From: Promethearchaeia archaeon
GTDB lineage: Archaea; Asgardarchaeota; Lokiarchaeia; Sigyniarchaeales; SOKP01
DNA length: 20,878 nucleotides
Direction: 5' to 3'
Assembly (NCBI GenBank): GCA_029856155.1
Contig: JAHQWL010000076.1
Location: 1-20,878 of the forward strand
Below the pieces are notes generated by a model. It searched no databases, was not told where the DNA came from, and saw only the letters and a list, made by a program, of their open reading frames with translations. Both the position numbers and the translations under genes were made by a program. Positions 6,834-16,350 of the stretch are shown piece after piece (the first letter of the stretch is position 1; each line of letters starts with the position of its first letter).

Positions 6834-9800
6834 TTAAATTGGTATAGTAAAACAAAATGCTGAACCTTTATTCTCTCCCTCTGAACGAGCCCAAATTTTA
6901 CCTCCATGAGCAGATATAATCCCTTTAGTAATATAAAGACCTAAACCCGTTCCAGAATCTTTAATATTAATATGATCATTAATAATTGGCGGTTTAATTC
7001 TTTCAAATTTTTTAAATAATCGTCCTATTTCGTCTTGAGCTAAGCCAATTCCGTTATCTTTAATTTCAAAGATATACTCATTATCTTTTGTTTTAGAAGA
7101 TATTTTTACCCATCCATAATCAGGAGTGAATTTAATCGCATTTGAAAGTAAATTAGTAAAAACTGTGAAAATTCGTGTATGATCTACATTCAATATGATT
7201 TCATGTTCGATATTTAATATTATCTCAAGATTTTTTTCATTGATTAGATAACTTAATTCATCAAGGCACTCATTAATGATATTACTGACATTTATTGATT
7301 CCTTTTGTAATTTTAATTCATTCTCGTCTATTTTTAAAACCTCTAATAGCTGATCCATTAGAATTTCTAATCGATTAACATTTCTCTGTACTGTCAGTAA
7401 GTCTGTTGTGATTTCAGGATTGATTTGGTTCCTATGCTTCATCAAAATATAATCTGTATAACCAGAAATTGAAATGAGTGGTGTTTTTAATTCATGGGCG
7501 GCCATTGTTATGAAATCATTCTTAACTTTATCAAGTTTTCTTAATTCAATATTTTGTTCCCTTAATTTCTTCTCAGAATCTAATAATTCTTGTTCTAATC
7601 TGAATTTTTCAGTAATATCAGAAAAAGTCCCTTCAATAACTATGGGATTATTATTATCATCTCTTATTAAGTGAGCATTTAATTGTATAATAATTATTTC
7701 TCCATTTTTCTTTTTTACAGGTACGGTATAATTTCGAATTAATCCGTTTTTTTGTAATTCTTTTCTATAATTCTTCTGATCCTCTGGTCTTTGCCAAGAA
7801 AATGGAGCTGGTTCTCCTATTAAATTTTCATTAAGATCATATCCTGCTATCTTGCTAAATGCTGGATTATGGTATATTATATTTCCTTCCCATTGTACCA
7901 TATAATATCCTTCATCTAAATTAGTTATCATATTTCTGAAATTTTTCTCGGATTCTATAAGTTGATTTTCCATTTTCTTGCTTTCGGTGATATCTCTAAT
8001 AATAGTGATTATTTGACTGACTTTACCTTCACTAAATATCGGAATTTTGCGCGTTTCAGTAATGACATCAAAATTTGGTAATATAGTAGTTTCGATCGTG
8101 ATTAAAGGCTTACCAGTTTCAAAAACTTCGCGATATTCTTCATAAATTTTATCTGGTAAGAAGAAAAATGCTTCAGAGAGATGCTTACCTAAAATTTCTG
8201 CCCCAATATCTAATTTAAAAAGCCAATTTTTAAGTTCTTTGTTTACTAGCATAATTATTAATTCATTATTGATTACATGTAAAGGATCATTTAATGAATC
8301 AATTGTAGCTCGATATTGTTGTTCAGATTCTATTAGATTTTTAGTCCGTTCTAGTACTTTTTGCTCTAATTCTCTATTTAATATTTTTAATTCTTCTTGA
8401 GATTTCTTTAATTCTTGTTCAGCTCTTTTTTTTTCTGTAATATCTTGTATTATAACTTGAAAAACAATTTCACCTCCAATTTCTACGAGAGTATCATCAA
8501 TACTGATCCACATTAAACTTCCGTTTTGTGATCTTGAAATTTGAACTTCAAGTGGTTCTGGAACGGCACCTTTCAGAATATTTTGATATCTTTCTTTAAA
8601 TAGAGGTAAAACACTTTCAGGTTTTATGGTTACTTCCAAGAAATTTCTATCAATTAAACTATCAATCTTCCTATTAAATATTTTCTCAGTTACGGGATTA
8701 CAATCAATTATAACTCCTTTTCTATTAATTATTATAATTGAATAGGGAGAATTTTCAAAGAGATGACGATATTTTGTCTCCGAATCTTTAATTTTTTGTT
8801 CTAGAAAATATTTTTCTGTAATGTCTCTTACTACTCCACTGAAACCAATTTTATCCCCCTCAGAGTTATACCTTAAATATACAGAAGATTCACATGTTGC
8901 TAAATCTCCATTCTTTTTTCGAAATTGATACTGTAAACCAGATTTTGGCATGGAGGTTTGATATACTTCATTATAAACTTTAAAAATTTTGTTTTTGTTT
9001 TCCTCATCAACAAAATTTCGATAATTAGCACCAAGTAATTCATTTTTAGAATATCCAATAAGATCAAGGAAAGCATCATTAAAAAAAGTAAAATTTCCTT
9101 TTAGATCAACCTCAAAATAAGTTTCTTTTATATTTTCAAGGATTCCTCGATATTTTTCTTCTGATTCTTTTAATTTTTGTTCTGCACTTTTACGTATTGT
9201 AATATCTTCATAGGTGACTAAAATTCCTACAACCTTTCCTTTTGGGTCATGTAAAGGAATTCTATTAACCTCAAACCATGTTTGCTTTCCATTAATTGTA
9301 GATAATGATTCTATAGCATTATATTCAGCACTATTTTTTCTCATTACTTCAATTTCCTTGTTTTTAATAGACTTAAGATTTTTTTTTAGCCAAATTAAAT
9401 CCCCATCTGTACTTCCAATAATACTTGTTGGTTCATCGATCTTATTCAAGAGCGCAAAATTCTTATTACACCCCATATAAACCAATTTTGTATCTTTCCA
9501 ATAAATAAGCTGAGGAATATTATCCAATACTAACTCTAACATTTCTCTAGTTTTCTGAACAACACTCTTCCCTTCTCTTGTTTGAAGAAGCTTCCAAAAT
9601 TGTATTTCTGGTATATAATCTGCTAAATCACCAAAACGAGCTTGGCTTTTTTTTATCTCAAACTCAAGTTTCTTAAACTTAGATATCTCTCTACTGAGTA
9701 AAATAGCTTTTTTTTTCTTATCTTCATTATCTATAAAACTTTTTCCTTTTATCTCATACCATTTAAACGGTTTACCTTTATATTTAATTTGAACCTCTTC

Positions 9801-10016
9801 AATTCCATAACCCGTTCTAAAAGTATCTTTTATTAGTTTATTTAGTCGTTTGAAATCATCTGGATGAATGAATTCATTAAATTTTTTATTTAATGTACAA
9901 TCTCCAAAATTGGTATATTCACATTGATATTTATCATTAATTATGAATATAAGATCATCAATATTTTCAGAAAAAATCTGACCAAGTTTACTGAAGTTTT
10001 CGAAAGTGCTTGTCAT
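6834..10016 (-). CDS. Soluble multi-PAS sensor histidine kinase (about 6 PAS/PAC, HisKA, HATPase)
   Basis: Repeated ESE.KYR...EN...N...(R/Q/E/S)DIT units, H-box FITMAAHELKTPL, N-box VFTNLLSNAIKFT, DNGIG, F-box LFKKF, GTGLGL and HGGKIW. No transmembrane segment is visible. Confidence 0.95.
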   Translation of the reverse strand: MTSTFENFSKLGQIFSENIDDLIFIINDKYQCEYTNFGDCTLNKKFNEFIHPDDFKRLNKLIKDTFRTGYGIEEVQIKYKGKPFKWYEIKGKSFIDNEDKKKKAILLSREISKFKKLEFEIKKSQARFGDLADYIPEIQFWKLLQTREGKSVVQKTREMLELVLDNIPQLIYWKDTKLVYMGCNKNFALLNKIDEPTSIIGSTDGDLIWLKKNLKSIKNKEIEVMRKNSAEYNAIESLSTINGKQTWFEVNRIPLHDPKGKVVGILVTYEDITIRKSAEQKLKESEEKYRGILENIKETYFEVDLKGNFTFFNDAFLDLIGYSKNELLGANYRNFVDEENKNKIFKVYNEVYQTSMPKSGLQYQFRKKNGDLATCESSVYLRYNSEGDKIGFSGVVRDITEKYFLEQKIKDSETKYRHLFENSPYSIIIINRKGVIIDCNPVTEKIFNRKIDSLIDRNFLEVTIKPESVLPLFKERYQNILKGAVPEPLEVQISRSQNGSLMWISIDDTLVEIGGEIVFQVIIQDITEKKRAEQELKKSQEELKILNRELEQKVLERTKNLIESEQQYRATIDSLNDPLHVINNELIIMLVNKELKNWLFKLDIGAEILGKHLSEAFFFLPDKIYEEYREVFETGKPLITIETTILPNFDVITETRKIPIFSEGKVSQIITIIRDITESKKMENQLIESEKNFRNMITNLDEGYYMVQWEGNIIYHNPAFSKIAGYDLNENLIGEPAPFSWQRPEDQKNYRKELQKNGLIRNYTVPVKKKNGEIIIIQLNAHLIRDDNNNPIVIEGTFSDITEKFRLEQELLDSEKKLREQNIELRKLDKVKNDFITMAAHELKTPLISISGYTDYILMKHRNQINPEITTDLLTVQRNVNRLEILMDQLLEVLKIDENELKLQKESINVSNIINECLDELSYLINEKNLEIILNIEHEIILNVDHTRIFTVFTNLLSNAIKFTPDYGWVKISSKTKDNEYIFEIKDNGIGLAQDEIGRLFKKFERIKPPIINDHINIKDSGTGLGLYITKGIISAHGGKIWARSEGENKGSAFCFTIPI

Positions 10017-10196
10017 CTCTTACAATTACCCCATTTAACATTTTAGGATTTTTTTAATCCAATAATATAATAGAAAATTTATCCTTTCTTATGAAAAAAT
10101 TATGTGATTTAAAATATATTTTTATCTATCTAGAATCTATTAAAGCTAATTTGTATAATGTAAAGAATAATAAGAAATAAATTGATTTTGTCCAAT

Positions 10197-11306
10197 CTAA
10201 CCTAATTTGCTGACCCATCCTCTAATGAATTTTCTCATATTTTCTTGTCTCAAAATTACTTCCTTTAATTGTTCTTTTGATTTGTTTGTTAAATCTATAA
10301 TCTCAGGTAAAAAATTATATTTTATTAAATATTCTTTACATTCCTTTGAGATTAAATCATTTGGTATGTTTTTAGGGTTTTTTTGAAAGTTTTTAAAATT
10401 ATATTCCCAATGTTCTAAGAAATCCTTTAAGTTTTTATTTGCTTGAAAAATTGGTAACACTCCTAAAGAATTTGTAGTAGTTAGAGCTACATTTGCTCGT
10501 TCAACACTAAATTTGTTTCCATTAAACGAAACAGCGATACCATTTTCATCATTTACTCTTTGAAGCATATTTATATCTGTAATTGAATCTCCTAAAGCAA
10601 TCATTTCTGAAATTGGCATTTCTGTTATTCTAGATATTTCCTCAATTGCTAACTCTTTTCTTTTCCCGCCTCTAACTTTGATTTGATTCATAATCCTTAC
10701 ATAATCTGATTCAGAGTTAATCCAAAAAAATTCATCCAAATCTTCAACAATACTATTAAGATCTTTATTATTCATAAGATACTTTTTAAATATCTTCTGT
10801 GTTAATACATTTACTGCATCTTCAATATCCAAGAAACTCTTTTTTAATTTTTGTATATTGAATTCGGTACAATATACATGGTCTTTTGGTATTTTTAGAG
10901 CCGCTGTAACTCTATGCGCAAAATGTGAATAACTTGTAGAAATCACGAATATATTCCAATTTTTCCGTAAAATTTTCATTAACTCTCTACATCCCGGTAG
11001 CAGACCTAAATTATTTTTTGCTAAACTGACTAATTCTTCGTCTGTGAAACAAGACGCGTATAAAGGGGCTAATAATCTGAGAGTATCTCCTGGTTGATAT
11101 TCCGGTATATTCAGTTTTTCTTTAACTCCAGGGACCTCAATAATATAATCATCATATTTAGAAATCATAGTAAAAAATTCGCCCATATTATATTCGTGCA
11201 AATCCAACTCCAACTTTTTATTTAATTTTTTTCCTAGTTCAGCCGCAAAATCGATAATACTAATAGGCCCTTCTAGATCCCAACAAGAAATCTGCTTTTT
11301 ATTCAA
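10197..11306 (-). CDS. HAD-superfamily protein, EhaR/COG4030-like
   Basis: WDLEGPIS motif I variant, SKYDDY...YQPGDTL, ISTSY (motif II), GGKRK (III), GDSITDINML (IV) and SFNGN. TTG start preceded by GAGGA. Confidence 0.8.
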   Translation of the reverse strand: MNKKQISCWDLEGPISIIDFAAELGKKLNKKLELDLHEYNMGEFFTMISKYDDYIIEVPGVKEKLNIPEYQPGDTLRLLAPLYASCFTDEELVSLAKNNLGLLPGCRELMKILRKNWNIFVISTSYSHFAHRVTAALKIPKDHVYCTEFNIQKLKKSFLDIEDAVNVLTQKIFKKYLMNNKDLNSIVEDLDEFFWINSESDYVRIMNQIKVRGGKRKELAIEEISRITEMPISEMIALGDSITDINMLQRVNDENGIAVSFNGNKFSVERANVALTTTNSLGVLPIFQANKNLKDFLEHWEYNFKNFQKNPKNIPNDLISKECKEYLIKYNFLPEIIDLTNKSKEQLKEVILRQENMRKFIRGWVSKLG

Positions 11307-11414
11307 AAAAACCGTCCTCTTATAGAATATTGCAAATTAATTTATGAATTAAAAAGTTGAAATGTTAAAAAACTACTTATTAAAGATTTATTATATGAGA
11401 GAAAAATATTTCCA

Positions 11415-11897
11415 TTAGTCTTTTAGTTTAAAAATTTCTTGAATTGGCTTATTTCTTTCTCGCTTAATTATTTCTTTCCAATTTGGTTCTATAATATTAA
11501 AGGCGTTTAATGCTAAATTTTTAATTTCATCATCAGAAGAATCTAATAATGGTCCTAAATGTGCTAATGCTCTTTTATCTTTAATCCTTGTTAGACTTTC
11601 TATTATGTATATAATTCTATATTTATCTGGTTCATATTTTTCTTGTTCTTCTTTAAGGTGCTCTATGATCCTTAATGTAGCTCTTCCATCTCTGATTCGC
11701 CCTAAAGCTTCTATTATTTTATTAATAACAATATGATCTTTCTCAGATCTAAGAGCTCTGCACATTAGATTTGTGGCTCTTCCATCCTTTAATAATCCGA
11801 GTTGTCTAGCTGCTTCAGCTCTTTTCTGCCAATCTTCATCATGAAAGAGTTTTTTTATTAAAGCATTAAATTCTGCATTTTTATCATGCCAATTCAT
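11415..11897 (-). CDS. HEAT-repeat (PBS lyase-like) protein
   Basis: Repeats RAEAARQLGLLKDGRAT, IIEALGRIRDGRAT and IIESLTRIKDKRAL, plus LLDSSDDEIKNLA. Confidence 0.88.
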   Translation of the reverse strand: MNWHDKNAEFNALIKKLFHDEDWQKRAEAARQLGLLKDGRATNLMCRALRSEKDHIVINKIIEALGRIRDGRATLRIIEHLKEEQEKYEPDKYRIIYIIESLTRIKDKRALAHLGPLLDSSDDEIKNLALNAFNIIEPNWKEIIKRERNKPIQEIFKLKD

Positions 11898-11995
11898 AGT
11901 TTCAAGAAATATCTAATATATATAATATTATAATTTGATGATTATAGAATATAAACTACTATTAATTAGGAACCATGTAAAACATAAAACAGTTT

Positions 11996-13315
11996 TTATT
12001 TATTCAAAAGAGAACTCATGTGATCAATACGCTTCTGTAATAATGCTCGTGTACCTACATCTTTTCTGTGAAAAAGTTTTCCCTCAATGCATTTTACTCC
12101 TGTTTCAGCAATCTTTTCTGCTTCCTCCAAAGATTTAGCAATCCCTAATACACCCATTGCTCTTGAAGATGTAGTAAATATCTTTCCATCCTTTCGATAT
12201 ACTGAAGCATAATAATATTTTGCTCCAGATTTTCTAATTTTTTCTATATTTATTTTGACTTGTTCATTACTTTTAGGATTGAGGGGATATCCCTCTGGAG
12301 CTAGATATTTACACACAGTAGCGCTATTTTCAAATTTAAAATTTGGAGACAAATTTCCATTAATAATAGCCCAACAAATATCTACTAGATTTCCCTTTAA
12401 GAGCGGTAAAACATTCATAGCCTCAGGATCACCAAATCGAGAATTATATTCAATTAATTTCAATCCTCCTGCCGTTTTCATAAATTGTCCATACAAAAAT
12501 CCTTTATATTCAACACCAGTTTCTACTTTTATAGCTGCTACAGTCTTTTTCATATCATCAAGCGCTTCATTAACATCTTCTTGCGAAATAAAGGGCATAA
12601 GATGGTCTTCCATAGAATAGGATCCCATCCCTCCCGTATTTGGACCCTTATCATCTTCATAAGCTCTTTTATGATCCTGAACTAATGGAGAGCCAAGAAC
12701 ATTTTTTCCATCAACAAACGTTTGTAAGGTGAATTCTTCACCAATACATTTTTCTTCCAAAAGCAATCTTTTATTCGTTTTAACCAATTCTAAACAATAA
12801 TTCAATATATCTTCTTTTGAGAAGAGATGATCTCCATAAACCATAACACCTTTGCCCCCAGTTAAGCCTTCTGGTTTTATTACAATATTTTCTGCACCTA
12901 TATCTTTAATATAGCTCTCAATTCCATCCATTGAATTAAAAACTTTACTTTTTACATTTGATTTAATATTATATTTTTCTAATAGATTTCTGGTAAATAC
13001 TTTTGAACCCTCTAGTTGAGCAGCTTCTATTTTAGGACCAATACATGGGATTCCACCTTTTTCAAGTGCATCAACAATTCCAACAACCAATGGAGCCTCA
13101 GGTCCAATTACAGCATAATCAATTTTATTATTTTGACAAAAATCAATAATTTCTCTAAAATCTGTTTCAGAATGAATTTTTACTTTTTTGCTTAAATCCT
13201 CTAATCCAGCATTTTTAAAACTCATAAAAGAAAATAAATTAGCCCCTCCATTAACAAGAGTTTCACCAATAACGTGCTCTCTTGCTCCATGTCCCACTAT
13301 TAAGACGTTTACCAT
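11996..13315 (-). CDS. purD: Phosphoribosylamine--glycine ligase (GAR synthetase)
   Basis: GHGAREH, IGPEAPL, AAQLEGSK, GLTGGKGV, GEEF, QDHKRAYEDDKGPNTGGMGS and EYNSRFGDPEA. Confidence 0.98.
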   Translation of the reverse strand: MVNVLIVGHGAREHVIGETLVNGGANLFSFMSFKNAGLEDLSKKVKIHSETDFREIIDFCQNNKIDYAVIGPEAPLVVGIVDALEKGGIPCIGPKIEAAQLEGSKVFTRNLLEKYNIKSNVKSKVFNSMDGIESYIKDIGAENIVIKPEGLTGGKGVMVYGDHLFSKEDILNYCLELVKTNKRLLLEEKCIGEEFTLQTFVDGKNVLGSPLVQDHKRAYEDDKGPNTGGMGSYSMEDHLMPFISQEDVNEALDDMKKTVAAIKVETGVEYKGFLYGQFMKTAGGLKLIEYNSRFGDPEAMNVLPLLKGNLVDICWAIINGNLSPNFKFENSATVCKYLAPEGYPLNPKSNEQVKINIEKIRKSGAKYYYASVYRKDGKIFTTSSRAMGVLGIAKSLEEAEKIAETGVKCIEGKLFHRKDVGTRALLQKRIDHMSSLLNK

Positions 13316-13424
13316 CTTCTCTCTTCCTCTTTCTTAAGTATTTGGATCTATAATAACTAATAAGGGTAATATTTAATTTTAAGATTAATTATTAACCAAA
13401 TAATCATAAACGACTATAATATAT

Positions 13425-14591
13425 TTGATAAAAATGTCAGAAGATAAATACAGAAGGGCAGCAAGAACTATTGTAAAAGCAGGTTTTCTTCCATTTCCAA
13501 TAAATAATACGATGATTGAACTATTGAAATTATTGGTTGACGAGGCACAATTGGATTTTATTATGGGTTTTAAAAGAAAAATTTCTCAAACAATGGAAGA
13601 ATTAATAAAAAGTACCAAAATGTCTAAGGATGAGATAGAGATTCATATAAAAAAACTAGCTAAGAACGGATTTTTATTTAATCAACCTAATTCGAAAGGG
13701 ATAATGGTATATAGATTAATGCCATTAATTATGGTAGGGGCATTCGAGTATACTTTTATGAAACGAATTAGTTTTAATGAGGAAGAGAAAGAAATTGCTC
13801 AATTATTTGCTCAATTATTTGATGAATTAGCCGAATTTATTCAGAAGAATTACGATACAGTTCTGCCTTTATTTGAAAGGATGCCTCCTTTTGATCGGAC
13901 TGTCCCTTTTTTAGATAAAAATATAAAAGGAGAAGAAATTCAGATATTGGTTAATAAAGACATAGAAGTTCCCGAAGAGAAAATAATGATCACCCAAAAA
14001 GTCGAAGAAATTATAGAAAAATTTGATGATATTGCTGTAGGTCATTGTTTTTGTCGTCATCATCAAGATTTATTATCAAATCCATGTAAACAGACAGAAT
14101 TAAGAGAAAATTGTTTTACTCTTGGTAAATCTGCAAAATATGTTGTTGAACAAGGTTTTGGGAGAATGATATCAAAGGATGAAGCATTGTCAATATTAAA
14201 ACGTTCTGAAAATGATGGGTTAGTCCATAAAGCTTGGCACCCACATTCTGATATCTCTAAAGATGAAACTAGTATCTGTAATTGTTGTAAATGTTGCTGT
14301 GGAATATTTGATTGGTGGAGAAAGGGAACTACAGCTATGATAAACTCAACTAATTTCATATCTGAAATTGATAAGAGTAAATGTGTCGGATGTGGTACTT
14401 GTATGGAAAAATGCCCTGTAGAAGCAATTGAGGGAGATGATAATAATAAAGCAGAAATAAATGCAGAATGGTGCATCGGTTGTGGTGTTTGTGCTCATTT
14501 TTGTCCCGAGAATGCAATATCTTTATTAGAAAAACCAAGAAAGGTGTTTGTTCCTCCTCCTAGATTAAGAAAGTATAATAAAAAACAATAA
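13425..14591 (+). CDS. Cys-rich 4Fe-4S dicluster protein with N-terminal HTH-like region
   Basis: Two ferredoxin motifs (CVGCGTCMEKCP, CIGCGVCAHFCP), plus CFCRH and ICNCCKCCCG. The start is TTG at 13425 or, more likely, ATG at 13434. Confidence 0.9.
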   Translation: MIKMSEDKYRRAARTIVKAGFLPFPINNTMIELLKLLVDEAQLDFIMGFKRKISQTMEELIKSTKMSKDEIEIHIKKLAKNGFLFNQPNSKGIMVYRLMPLIMVGAFEYTFMKRISFNEEEKEIAQLFAQLFDELAEFIQKNYDTVLPLFERMPPFDRTVPFLDKNIKGEEIQILVNKDIEVPEEKIMITQKVEEIIEKFDDIAVGHCFCRHHQDLLSNPCKQTELRENCFTLGKSAKYVVEQGFGRMISKDEALSILKRSENDGLVHKAWHPHSDISKDETSICNCCKCCCGIFDWWRKGTTAMINSTNFISEIDKSKCVGCGTCMEKCPVEAIEGDDNNKAEINAEWCIGCGVCAHFCPENAISLLEKPRKVFVPPPRLRKYNKKQ

Positions 14592-14694
14592 TTTTAATTT
14601 ACTTTACCCTACCATTTCGAATTTGAGAGGGTAATAAATTTATTATTATATCGCTCATATTTTAACCTAATAATAATAAGAGTGTTTCAATAGC

Positions 14695-15645
14695 TTGAAT
14701 AATAATTCTTATATTGCATTTCGAGAAGTGTCTAAAAATTATAAAGAATTCTTTGCTTTAGATAAAATTTCTTTTAATATTCAAAGAGGAGAGGTATTTG
14801 GATATATTGGTCCTAACGGTGCTGGAAAAACGACCACTATTAAAATTTTAGTTGGTTTAATAAGAGATTATAGTGGTGACGTTTTTATTAATGGAAAAAG
14901 TACATCAGAAAATAGAAAACAATTATATAATCTAATAGGATACCACCCACAAGAAGCTGGCTTCCAAGAATGGCGTACTGTGGACCATGCTTTTAAAACA
15001 TTTGGTCGTCTATCAGGACTTAGTTCAGATCACCTTGAAAATCGAACTCAAGAGATTTTGGAATTGATGAATCTTTCAGAAGTAAGATATAAAAGAATTG
15101 TCCATTTGTCCGGAGGAATGTTTCAAAAATTAAGGTTGGGTCAAGCCCTTCTCCATGAGCCAGAGATATTAGTATTAGATGAACCGTTATCTGGTTTAGA
15201 TCCAAATATGAGATTTCAATTCAAAAAAATCATTAGAAAGCTTAAACAGAGTGGAATTACTATTTTATTTTCTTCCCATATTTTGAGCGATGTACAAGAC
15301 ATAGCTGACAATATTGGAATATTAAATAAAGGTAGGATAATATCAATAGGAACTCCAGAAGAGCTCCAAAATAGTTTTGAAGTAGGAAATATTTTAGAAA
15401 TAATTGTTGCTGACGAAACTGCTCTTTGCAAAGATTTGGAAAATTTAACTGATGTTGATTTTGTTGAAAATGTCAAATCAAATAAACAATTGATCCACTT
15501 AAAATCCAATGTTGATGTTGATTTAAGCATCAATCAGATTATTAAAATATTAATGGATCAAAATTGTAAAATACGTTCTTTTACTCTGCTTAAACCGAGT
15601 TTAGAAGATGTATATTTAAAACTCGTTGGAGGTGAAACCATTTGA
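14695..15645 (+). CDS. ABC-2 type exporter ATP-binding subunit
   Basis: Walker A GPNGAGKTT, Q-loop PQE, signature LSGGM, Walker B ILVLDEP, SSH switch and C-terminal PSLEDVYL. TTG start. Confidence 0.95.
   Translation: MNNNSYIAFREVSKNYKEFFALDKISFNIQRGEVFGYIGPNGAGKTTTIKILVGLIRDYSGDVFINGKSTSENRKQLYNLIGYHPQEAGFQEWRTVDHAFKTFGRLSGLSSDHLENRTQEILELMNLSEVRYKRIVHLSGGMFQKLRLGQALLHEPEILVLDEPLSGLDPNMRFQFKKIIRKLKQSGITILFSSHILSDVQDIADNIGILNKGRIISIGTPEELQNSFEVGNILEIIVADETALCKDLENLTDVDFVENVKSNKQLIHLKSNVDVDLSINQIIKILMDQNCKIRSFTLLKPSLEDVYLKLVGGETI
15628..15635 (+). promoter_or_regulatory. Shine-Dalgarno site for the permease, embedded in the 3' end of the ATPase gene
   Basis: GGAGGTGA lies 6 nt before the TTG at 15642, and that TTG overlaps the ATPase stop (TTGA), indicating translational coupling. 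Confidence 0.8.
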
Positions 15646-16304
15646 GTTTGTTATTACTCTTCCTTGATGAGTTAAAGGGATATGCAAAGTCAAAAGTTAT
15701 GATTGTACTTTGGTTTGGCTTGCCTTTATTGTCTTTTTTAATTCAATATATTAATCCTAATCAATTGGAAGGAATGCCTATTTCATTTTTGGTAGCTCTT
15801 GTTGTTTCAAGCATAGGAGGCACACTTTCTGTTATAATGCTAAGTACTACAATTGTTAGTGAAAAAAATCGCCATGTTTATGAATTATTCTTAATCCGAC
15901 CTGTAAGGAGAAGTAGCTTAATTTTAGCAAAATTTTTAGCTGTATATCTCTGTTTAGTTATTGCTGTGTCAATTTCTCTTACCATCGGGCTTATTATTGA
16001 TGCCTTTACAGGTGATTTGATAGAGAATTACCTAAACGTAACATTTGAATCTTTAATTATCGGGATTTCTTCGATGGCAATTACATGCTCAATAGGGATT
16101 CTCTTTGGTGTTTTAATCTCATCTGTACCTGTAGCAGCAATTTTATCTGTATATTTAGGAAGTCAATTATCTTCACTTATAATCTTACCTACATTCTTTA
16201 TACCTGGTTTAGACACTCAAATGTTAGCATTAACCTTAGGAATAACACTTACTACTATAATTATGGGAATAAACATTATACTATTCAATCGAATGCAATT
16301 TTAG
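15642..16304 (+). CDS. ABC-2 type exporter permease
   Basis: About six hydrophobic segments and the motif SEKNRHVYELFLIRPVRRSSLILAKF (ABC-2 ExxxG..E.....P..R......K pattern). 4-nt overlap with the ATPase gene. Confidence 0.92.
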   Translation: MSLLLLFLDELKGYAKSKVMIVLWFGLPLLSFLIQYINPNQLEGMPISFLVALVVSSIGGTLSVIMLSTTIVSEKNRHVYELFLIRPVRRSSLILAKFLAVYLCLVIAVSISLTIGLIIDAFTGDLIENYLNVTFESLIIGISSMAITCSIGILFGVLISSVPVAAILSVYLGSQLSSLIILPTFFIPGLDTQMLALTLGITLTTIIMGINIILFNRMQF

Positions 16305-16350
16305 TATAACAGTAATTATGGAAACAAAAACATCTCTGGATAGAATAAAA

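Noticed and set aside
7474-9480. Short + strand ORFs 7474-7674 and 9214-9480
   Set aside because: They are fully antisense to the histidine kinase and have no motifs.
11935-12685. Short + strand ORFs 11935-12138, 12255-12620 and 12485-12685
   Set aside because: They are antisense shadows of purD.
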